NCBI GenBank assembly: GCA_045531455.1
Contig: JAZSEA010000101.1
Coordinates: forward strand, 644-64,643
Reading direction: 5' to 3'
Length of the DNA stretch: 64,000 bases
Origin: Eubacteriales bacterium
GTDB taxonomy: Bacteria > Bacillota > Clostridia > Oscillospirales > CAG-272
The translations under genes and the position numbers were made by a program. The notes beneath the pieces were generated by a model. That model was not told the origin of the DNA. It searched no databases and saw only the letters and a list, made by a program, of their open reading frames with translations. Below are positions 57,135-64,000 of this stretch, one piece after another. Each line of letters opens with the position of its first letter. Positions within the stretch are counted from its first letter, which is position 1.

Positions 57135-57515
57135 ATGGCAAACGAAAAGATTACCGCTATCCTTGAATCCATCAAGGCACTTACCGTTCTTGAGCTCTCC
57201 GAGCTCGTATCCGCATGTGAGGAAGAGTTCGGCGTATCCGCTGCTAACGTTTCCGCAGGTGCAGCTGCAGGTGCAGCTCCCGCTGCTGCAGCAGTTGAAG
57301 AGAAGACCGAGTTCGACGTAGTTCTCGCAAGCTTCGGCGCTAACAAGCTCGCTGTTATCAAGGCTGTTCGTGAGATCACCGGCCTTGGACTTAAGGAAGC
57401 TAAGGAGCTCGTTGAGGGTGCTCCCAAGACCCTTAAGGAAGGCGTTGCTAAGGAAGAGGCAGAGTCCATCAAGACCGCTCTTACCGAGGCTGGCGCTACC
57501 GTTGAGATTAAGTAA
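57135..57515 (+). CDS. rplL: 50S ribosomal protein L7/L12
   Basis: [17 protein letters not shown], an Ala-rich hinge, and C-terminal [12 protein letters not shown]... Confidence 0.97.
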   Translation: MANEKITAILESIKALTVLELSELVSACEEEFGVSAANVSAGAAAGAAPAAAAVEEKTEFDVVLASFGANKLAVIKAVREITGLGLKEAKELVEGAPKTLKEGVAKEEAESIKTALTEAGATVEIK

Positions 57516-57566
57516 TTTAATCAACAACAAAATTTGCACATCCGAAAATCCTTGCTGTGCAAAAAA

Positions 57567-57598
57567 CCGATGCGGAAACGCATCGGTTTTTTGTTTTT
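57567..57598. terminator. bidirectional intrinsic terminator between rplL and the convergent manA
   Basis: A6, then CCGATGCG, GAAA loop, CGCATCGG, then TTTTTTGTTTTT. Confidence 0.85.
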
Positions 57599-58457
57599 AT
57601 ACGGTTGTTTTAATAAACTTGGCTTTACCCTCGATGTGATACTTCTCTTCTCCCTCGGGGATATAAACCGAGTCGCGGTCGTGCAAAGGATATTTTTCTT
57701 CGCCGCACACTATTGAAGCTTCGCCAGAAACGAGAGTCAGCGAAATAAATCCGTCTCGTTTCGCACAGATCTCCGCAGAGCCGTCAACTTCGATAAGCTC
57801 GGCACGAAAATACTCACATTCTGCAAGCAGATCGGAAGTAGTCGCTGCAGGAAGATCAATCTTCTTGAGAGACATTGCCGCTTCCTTAAGGTGAAGCTCG
57901 CGCGGTCTGCCGTAATCGTACATACGGAAGGTGGTATCGCAATTCTGCTGAACCTCGCAGATGTAGTTACCTCCGCCGATCGCATGAGGAGTTCCCGAGG
58001 GGATGTAATAGCATTCACCCGAGCGGACCGAGATCTTTTCAAGATACGGCGTAGGATCGTCACCGTTCAGCACTGCTTTGCGGAATTCTTCGATAACTGC
58101 ATCCTCTTTCATACCGAGATAAATATAGGAACCCGGAAGAGCGTCGATGATATACCACATCTCGCTCTTTCCTCCCTCGCCGCCCATACGGGCGGCTGTT
58201 TCATCATCGGGATGGACCTGTATCGAAAGAGTTTCCTTTGAATCGATAAATTTGATAAGCAGTGGGAATTTGCCGCGAACGCCGAGCACATCAGAAAGCG
58301 TTTTACCGGCATATTCTCCGTTCGTAACGATACTGTTATCATCATCTCTGACCGAGAGAACCCAATCCTCGCCCGTGGGGGGATCTGTTTTTTTGAGACG
58401 GCTTCCGCCCCAGACGCGCTCCTTATAAATATGGGAAAGTATCAGCGGATATTTCAT
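57597..58457 (-). CDS. manA: class I mannose-6-phosphate isomerase (cupin type)
   Basis: 286 aa. Motifs YKERVWGG, FPLLIKFIDSKETLSIQVHPDD, KSEMWYI and PSGTPHAIG. Confidence 0.78.
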   Translation of the reverse strand: MKYPLILSHIYKERVWGGSRLKKTDPPTGEDWVLSVRDDDNSIVTNGEYAGKTLSDVLGVRGKFPLLIKFIDSKETLSIQVHPDDETAARMGGEGGKSEMWYIIDALPGSYIYLGMKEDAVIEEFRKAVLNGDDPTPYLEKISVRSGECYYIPSGTPHAIGGGNYICEVQQNCDTTFRMYDYGRPRELHLKEAAMSLKKIDLPAATTSDLLAECEYFRAELIEVDGSAEICAKRDGFISLTLVSGEASIVCGEEKYPLHDRDSVYIPEGEEKYHIEGKAKFIKTTV

Positions 58458-61400
58458 TTCTTTTTCGAGATCAGCTTGGTGATTCCTGCAGCGGCAAATG
58501 CGGCAAGAGCTGCCGAGCCTGCGGCGATCGCGCTCGCCTCCGCAGCGGTGTACTTGATCTTGGACTTATGCTTTGCTCTCTTCTGCTCGACCTTGGTCTG
58601 CTTCTTTGCGTATTTGATCTCCTTTGAGGTGGGCTCAACGTTCTTTCTTGCGCCGAGCTGCTTATAGTCGATCATCGCGGGAGCGGGAACACCCGTACCG
58701 CAGAAGATTCCGAGAGGAGACATATCCGAGGAGAAGCGATACTTATACGCCTCGTCGACCTCGGCGGTCTGACCGTAGCGCAGACCCATATTCCAGGTCA
58801 CGCGGGAGATGACCTCGCCGCCGACGATAAGATCCAGCCGTCTGCCGGCAGTCGCTCTCGAGGTGATCGGCTTTTCGCAAATATAGATGCTCTCGCCCTC
58901 GATCAGAGCGGTCGCGTATCTTCTGTTGAAATCCTCGACGGTAAGAGCGGCGTTATCGGGCTTGCGGTACCAAACCACTACCGCACTTCTCGCGGGAATC
59001 TTAATTCCGTCAGCGATCCAGACATTTTCTTCCTTCGGAGGCTTACCCGTTGTAGTCCAGAGAGCGATCTTCGAGTCCTTGAGAGTAATATCATTGCCCG
59101 AGTTGTTGCAAAGGGTAATATAGGGGAAAGGATTTTCGATAATATTTCCGTCAAGCTCGAAGGGTGCGGTCGCGCAGAGGACCTCGGTAATGCTGATCGG
59201 CGATGCAAGGATATATGCAGTAGACTTTCTCGTCACATTGTCGGAAACAGCGGAGATGATCGCGCTGACACGGCGATTCTTCGAGATCTCGGGGAGCTGA
59301 CGCGTAACCGTCACGCTTCTTCCGGGCTTGAGTTTGCCGAGGCAGACCTTGGCATAAGGAACTGCATCGCGAAGCGAGAAGCCCTCGATACCCGTCAGAT
59401 AGAAGTCGACCTTGACCTCGCTCATAACCTTATCGGTGGGATTCTCAAATTTGATCGTAACAGCCGAACTTTCGTGGGAGTCGTAGGAAGCGGATCGGGT
59501 CATCGAGATGACCTTCGGCTCTCCTCTGTTCTCGATCCAGACGGGTGCGGTAACCGAATACTGCGCGCCGTTCGAGATTCGGAGATAATAATAGTCAAAC
59601 TCAACGGGGAGAGTGATATTCCATTCGTAGCTCTGACGCGCACCGACGAATTTCTGCGTTACGAGGATGTTGTCCTCGCCGACGATCTCGATTCGACCGA
59701 TTCCGTTTTCATTTTCGGTCGTGATCTTGACCGAAACGCGGAGCTCATCGGGATTATTGAGTCTCGAGCCCATCCATTCGCCGTTGATCTTATAAAATAT
59801 CTTCATTGTGGGATCCGCGCTCGAATAAACTCTGCGCGCTCGGAATGAATCCATAATATTCTCGCGTGTAAGAGCGGGAGCGAGAACGCCCGTGATATAG
59901 GGGCTTGCGATCGTCCAGTTGGGCGCGTGGTTATCCTCGTTGAAGGAGGGCGCAACGTGCCAACCGCGCGAAAGCAGGAGAGCATACTGCTGGTCATATC
60001 CTCTGCCCTTGATCTCGGCAAGAGCCATCTGCTTGTCGGCTTCGGGAGTCCAATAACCGTAATCCTCAAAGTCACCCCAGTTGTTTCCGGGATGATTGAA
60101 CATTCCGACGGCATTCGGCTCACTCTCGAGCCACTTGAAGAGGTCGGGCATATTGACGCCGTGGATATCGGACACGACCTTCTCGCTTCCGATGACGTTC
60201 ATATGTCCCCAATAACCGCAGGTGTTGTTCCAGGTCATCTCCCAACCGTTGAGCGCGGCGAATCTGCCGGGACGGTCGAGCGATTTTACCGCAGCCTTTT
60301 GCGCGTCGTAAGCCTTCTGCGTGAAATAATGCGAATGCTCGGTGACCGAGAAGAAATCGGCGCCGTTATCATACGCGAACTCGATCGCATCTCTGCCCAT
60401 ACCGTTTCCGTCTGATTCGCCCGTGTGAGCGTGGATCTCGCCGAAATAAGCGTTAAGCTCACTCATATCGGATACGGTGAAATCAACGGTTCTTGTCGTG
60501 CGGTTGCCGAGTCCATCCTTGAGGCGGATAGTCAGCGTATGCTCGCCAAACTCGAGGGGCTTCTTCGGCTCATAAACGAGAGAGGTCGCGGTGATGGTCG
60601 TATCGTTAGTTACGTCCTTACCGTCTATTTTAAGATAGCAATCCTTGATACGGATTCCCGCAGGATCGGTATAATTCGCCTTGATAACGATCGGCTTTGT
60701 GCCGTCAAAGGCATATCCGCGTGTAGGAACCATATACGTGATCCTTGGTCCGCGGTTATCGTAAACGGGAACTCTGATCGGAAGTACGTTGCCGAGTCTG
60801 ACGGTCCTTGCGCCGTCATATGCGCTTATCTCATACTCAAGCTCGGATAATTCCTCGAAGATCTCCTCGGGAATACGGGCGCGGCGAACTCCATCGTGCT
60901 CCTCAAGAGCCTCAAAATCGCGTGTCTCACCGTTCGGCAGTGTAACGGTGACCGTGGTAACGCCAACCTCGTGGTCGTTATCTGCGGGAAGAACTACAAA
61001 TTCGACTGTTCCGCAGTAATCTCCGTGGTAAGCTTCCTTAATGGGAGCAAGAGGAAGGATCGTGGGGAGCGGAGCGGTCAGATCGAAGATGCCCGTCTCG
61101 AGATGGCAGGGATAACCGGGAGTCGCGAGCTCTGCGTGCGAAAGATTGATCGCCTTTCGGGGGTCGAGGGGATCAAAGGTCCAATAGGAGGAGCGATGAA
61201 CGGGAGTATCCCACTCGGCGTAGCAGTTGCTGTAAACAAGGGTGAATACCGCGTTCGAAGCGTCGCCTCCGCGAGGCACGATAAGAAGAGTCGTGCTGTC
61301 GTGAGCGTTCGGGAGAGCGCAGATCCCCGCGAGATTCTTTCTTGTGCCACTTTCCGGATCGATCTCGGTAAGATCGACGGGAATTACGCGTGCTTTAGTT

Positions 61401-62092
61401 TCATCAAGCGGCTCCTTGGTGTAAAGATAAGCCGTATTAATATCCTTTATAAGCCCCTCGGGAGTCAGACAGTTGACCTCGGGAGCATAGTTTTTCAGAG
61501 TAAGTCCCCATAACGCGGCGGATTCGCCCGCACCGAGGATATTCACGCCCGCCTCTCTTGCAAGCGGAATTCTGCCCTTGGGCTCGCCAACTGCGGCATA
61601 ATCGGGTGCCTTGGTTGCGGCGTACACGAGAAGCTCGTAGTCATAAAGGTCAACCGCCTTTTCGGTGGGGTTGAAATACTCAACGTAGCAGGTATGATCC
61701 TTTCCCTTGGGTCTGCCGAAGATCTCGGTGATGACAAGAGGAGGAAGCTCGGGGAGATCGTCCGCCTTCACGACCTTGCAGATATAGGGAGGCAGCTTTG
61801 CATTGATCTCGCCTTCAATATCGATTCTGTAAGCGAGTCTGTCTCCCGTAACCGACGATGCGGGAATATCGGCGCGGTAGACCATATATTCAACTCCGCG
61901 TCGCTCATATCTGTCGGACGGAAGCAGATAAAAGTCCTTGCCGTCCTCTATTCTAAGAACAAGTCGATCAGGAGCGTTTTCGCCGAAAACACGGCAGGCA
62001 GCGGTTACCGAAAATGGATTATCCGCGATAACGTATTCGGGTACCGCATGTAAGACTGCGGGAAGACCACCGCAAAATCTCTTAGCTTTCAT
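58454..62092 (-). CDS. 1212-aa multidomain protein: LTD-like, PHP/CehA-type metallohydrolase, LTD-like, C-terminal TM anchor
   Basis: ATG at 62092, 8 nt after GGAGGG. PHP signature FGEIHAHTGESDGNG...FFSVTEHSH...MFNHPG. LTD-like segments LVITEIFGRP...VEYFNPT and ISITEVLCAT...ITLCNNSGNDITL. The only hydrophobic helix is at the extreme C-terminus. Confidence 0.7.
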   Translation of the reverse strand: MKAKRFCGGLPAVLHAVPEYVIADNPFSVTAACRVFGENAPDRLVLRIEDGKDFYLLPSDRYERRGVEYMVYRADIPASSVTGDRLAYRIDIEGEINAKLPPYICKVVKADDLPELPPLVITEIFGRPKGKDHTCYVEYFNPTEKAVDLYDYELLVYAATKAPDYAAVGEPKGRIPLAREAGVNILGAGESAALWGLTLKNYAPEVNCLTPEGLIKDINTAYLYTKEPLDETKARVIPVDLTEIDPESGTRKNLAGICALPNAHDSTTLLIVPRGGDASNAVFTLVYSNCYAEWDTPVHRSSYWTFDPLDPRKAINLSHAELATPGYPCHLETGIFDLTAPLPTILPLAPIKEAYHGDYCGTVEFVVLPADNDHEVGVTTVTVTLPNGETRDFEALEEHDGVRRARIPEEIFEELSELEYEISAYDGARTVRLGNVLPIRVPVYDNRGPRITYMVPTRGYAFDGTKPIVIKANYTDPAGIRIKDCYLKIDGKDVTNDTTITATSLVYEPKKPLEFGEHTLTIRLKDGLGNRTTRTVDFTVSDMSELNAYFGEIHAHTGESDGNGMGRDAIEFAYDNGADFFSVTEHSHYFTQKAYDAQKAAVKSLDRPGRFAALNGWEMTWNNTCGYWGHMNVIGSEKVVSDIHGVNMPDLFKWLESEPNAVGMFNHPGNNWGDFEDYGYWTPEADKQMALAEIKGRGYDQQYALLLSRGWHVAPSFNEDNHAPNWTIASPYITGVLAPALTRENIMDSFRARRVYSSADPTMKIFYKINGEWMGSRLNNPDELRVSVKITTENENGIGRIEIVGEDNILVTQKFVGARQSYEWNITLPVEFDYYYLRISNGAQYSVTAPVWIENRGEPKVISMTRSASYDSHESSAVTIKFENPTDKVMSEVKVDFYLTGIEGFSLRDAVPYAKVCLGKLKPGRSVTVTRQLPEISKNRRVSAIISAVSDNVTRKSTAYILASPISITEVLCATAPFELDGNIIENPFPYITLCNNSGNDITLKDSKIALWTTTGKPPKEENVWIADGIKIPARSAVVVWYRKPDNAALTVEDFNRRYATALIEGESIYICEKPITSRATAGRRLDLIVGGEVISRVTWNMGLRYGQTAEVDEAYKYRFSSDMSPLGIFCGTGVPAPAMIDYKQLGARKNVEPTSKEIKYAKKQTKVEQKRAKHKSKIKYTAAEASAIAAGSAALAAFAAAGITKLISKKK

Positions 62093-62134
62093 CAATTCAG
62101 CCCTCCGTTGAAAGGAAAAAGTATAATCACATAT

Positions 62135-62163
62135 ATTATACCATTTTTTCTTTGATTCTGCAA
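62135..62163 (-). promoter_or_regulatory. sigma-A type promoter of the large PHP/LTD gene and manA
   Basis: Minus strand: TTGCAG, 17 nt, TGgTATAAT (extended -10). Confidence 0.6.
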
Positions 62164-62164
62164 T

Positions 62165-62195
62165 AAAAAAACCGCACTTTTTTGAAAAAGTGCGG
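62165..62195 (-). terminator. intrinsic terminator after the nucleoside hydrolase gene
   Basis: CCGCACTTTTT / AAAAAGTGCGG stem, flanked by A7 on the plus strand (T7 on the minus strand) and T6. Bidirectional in form. Confidence 0.8.
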
Positions 62196-62209
62196 TTTTT
62201 TCTTGTAAT

Positions 62210-63109
62210 TTATTTCTCGCTGAGAACCTTGAAGAGGTCAGCGTAGAGGGGATCACGACGGATCTTTCTGACGTAGAGATAATGATGACGTGCGCTGTCG
62301 AATGCATAGCGGCAATCGCTTGTTACGTATGGTGCGGGGATCTCTACGATCTCCATCGAGGAGGGTACGGTCATACAGCCGATCGCCGTAACATCCCATA
62401 CTACCTTCGAGCGTCCGTATCCGCGGTTTATGTAATCACCCGTGATCGAGCAGAGATAATCGCAAAGATCGTTCTTGCCCTTGAGGTAATAATCAAGCTC
62501 CGCGGGAGTGGTGATGAAGGATGAGCATACACCGTCGCAGGGAATCTGAAGGAATGGGATTCCGCAGTCGAAGAGGACCTGCGCGCCCGGAATATCCTGG
62601 CGAAGGTTGAATTCTTTCGTATCGGGTCTCTCGAGGGCGTGTCCGCCGAGCCAGATGACCGCGCTTCTCTTGGCGATCTCGGGTTCCTTAGCTAACGCTG
62701 ACGCTACGTTGCTGATGGCACCAACCGCCACGATAACGACGGGAGTTTCACGCGACATTACGGTATTAATGATGTTGTCGCATGCATCTGACTCGACTAT
62801 ATCGGTCTTCGAAGTCATAAAGCGTGTACTTCCGCGGTAAACGGGTACCTGCGAGGCCGCCTCCGCATCTGTCAGCTTCATGATATTAAAGATTTCGTTG
62901 TAGCTCTTCTCCATACCGTCTGCTGCGCTCTCGGAACGGCTGTTCTTGAAGGGCGCGGCGTTTACCGACAGAAGATTGATCTTCTGCTTCGAGAGCATCG
63001 CGTATGCCAGCGCAAACTGGTCGTCGATCTCGTTATAGGTATCAGTATCGAGAATAATATCTATCACCTTGTCACTCGAAAGAAGCGCACGGAATTCAGA
63101 AAGTGTCAT
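62210..63109 (-). CDS. nucleoside hydrolase (IUNH family)
   Basis: 299 aa. N-terminal aspartate cluster DTDTYNEIDDQFALAYA. Confidence 0.8.
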   Translation of the reverse strand: MTLSEFRALLSSDKVIDIILDTDTYNEIDDQFALAYAMLSKQKINLLSVNAAPFKNSRSESAADGMEKSYNEIFNIMKLTDAEAASQVPVYRGSTRFMTSKTDIVESDACDNIINTVMSRETPVVIVAVGAISNVASALAKEPEIAKRSAVIWLGGHALERPDTKEFNLRQDIPGAQVLFDCGIPFLQIPCDGVCSSFITTPAELDYYLKGKNDLCDYLCSITGDYINRGYGRSKVVWDVTAIGCMTVPSSMEIVEIPAPYVTSDCRYAFDSARHHYLYVRKIRRDPLYADLFKVLSEK

Positions 63110-63139
63110 GGTTTGTCTCCTGACTGATTATTTGATTAA

Positions 63140-64000
63140 TTATCTTCTGCCGTTGCCAAAATCGGATCTCGGCTTACGCTGACGAAGGATGGACATAATA
63201 TCGTCAAAGTTATCGCCGGGATTCTGAGCAGTCTGTCTCTGAGGCTGAGCAGGCTGAGGTGCGGGCTGGGGTGCAGGCTGAGGAGCAGGCTGCTGAACAG
63301 GCTGCTGTACCACAGGCTGTGCGGGAGCAGGAGCCGGCTGAGGTGCGGGCTGAGGCTGTGCCTGTGCGGGAGCGGGCTGAGGTCTCTGTGCGGGAGCGGG
63401 ACGGGCGGGCTGTGCGGGACGAGCGGGTGCCTTGTGCTCCTCGTGACCGGGATTCTCAAAACCCGTTGCGATGATGGTGATCTTCATCTCGTCCTCGAGC
63501 TCGGGATCGAATGCAGCTCCCCAGATTACGTTCGCATCGGGATGAGCCTCTGCGGTGATCATGGTGGAAGCAAGGTCTGCGTCCTCGAGTCCTACGTCGG
63601 GAGACATAGTAATGCTTACAAGGATACCGGTTGCGCCCTTGATGGAGGTCTCGAGAAGCGGGCTCGAGATTGCAGCCTTTGCGGCGATCTCTGCCTTGTC
63701 CTTACCGGTAGCAGAGCCTGTACCCATATGAGCATAACCTGCATCGCGCATTACGCTTGTAACGTCCGCAAAGTCAAGGTTGATGAATCCGGGAACGTTG
63801 ATGAGTTCGGAAATGCTCTGTACGCCGCGGCGGAGAACGTCGTCGGCGATCTCAAAGGCGTTCTTGAGTGTGATTCTGGTCTCGGAGACCTGCTTGAGTC
63901 TCTCGTTAGGGATGATAACAAGGGAGTCAACGTAGTTGCGGAGCTCCTCGATACCCTTTTCCGCCTGAAGCATACGGCGGCGACCCTCAAAAAGGAAGGG
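63140..64000 (-). CDS. ftsZ: cell division protein FtsZ, C-terminal part (5' end outside the window)
   Basis: PFLFEGRRRMLQAEKGIEEL...NLDFADV...GMA-type core. A long P/Q/A-rich linker, then the conserved C-terminal peptide DDIMSILRQRK. Confidence 0.93.
   Translation of the reverse strand, partial: PFLFEGRRRMLQAEKGIEELRNYVDSLVIIPNERLKQVSETRITLKNAFEIADDVLRRGVQSISELINVPGFINLDFADVTSVMRDAGYAHMGTGSATGKDKAEIAAKAAISSPLLETSIKGATGILVSITMSPDVGLEDADLASTMITAEAHPDANVIWGAAFDPELEDEMKITIIATGFENPGHEEHKAPARPAQPARPAPAQRPQPAPAQAQPQPAPQPAPAPAQPVVQQPVQQPAPQPAPQPAPQPAQPQRQTAQNPGDNFDDIMSILRQRKPRSDFGNGRR

Noticed and set aside
63230-63420. Highly repetitive CTGAGG/TGCGGG/CTG-type DNA that looks like a tandem or minisatellite repeat.
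   Set aside because: It lies in frame inside ftsZ and encodes the P/Q/A-rich linker between the GTPase core and the conserved C-terminal peptide. It is a coding low-complexity region.

Overview
This window is a gene-dense chromosomal segment that looks like a spore-forming Firmicute of class Clostridia. That placement is an inference from three things: the yqfC-yqfD-ylbJ sporulation genes, an ispH-rpsA fusion, and Firmicute-style TTGACA/TGnTATAAT promoters. No search or model could be run, so every family call rests on motifs I recognise in the translated ORFs.

Main content:
- About 38.2-54.0 kb, minus strand: the complete contiguous S10-spc-alpha ribosomal protein cluster, 31 genes from rpsJ to rplQ, including secY, adk, map, infA and rpoA.
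- 56.6-57.5 kb, plus strand: a divergent rplJ-rplL pair with an L10-type leader.
- Housekeeping blocks: nagB, cmk-plsC-ispH/rpsA, a murE-like ligase, a uracil/xanthine permease, rubrerythrin, prs, mutS2, recO-era-ybeY-phoH, manA, a nucleoside hydrolase, and the 3' part of ftsZ.

I saw no rRNA, tRNA, CRISPR array, transposase, integrase or phage genes.

Where an RBS supported it, I re-picked start codons relative to the ORF track. The many long ORFs antisense to real genes are treated as shadow ORFs.

Most interesting items:
1. A tightly coupled six-gene operon at 28.97-36.76 kb: two BspA-type LRR lipoproteins, three SPFH/Band-7 paralogues, and a P1B ATPase with no metal-binding domain.
2. A 1212-aa LTD-PHP-LTD protein with a C-terminal tail anchor, co-transcribed with manA.
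3. A GC-rich leader of about 355 nt between a near-consensus promoter and rpsJ.
4. Two intergenic elements built from inverted arrays of 7-bp repeats.
5. A terminator hairpin that contains the rubrerythrin Shine-Dalgarno sequence.
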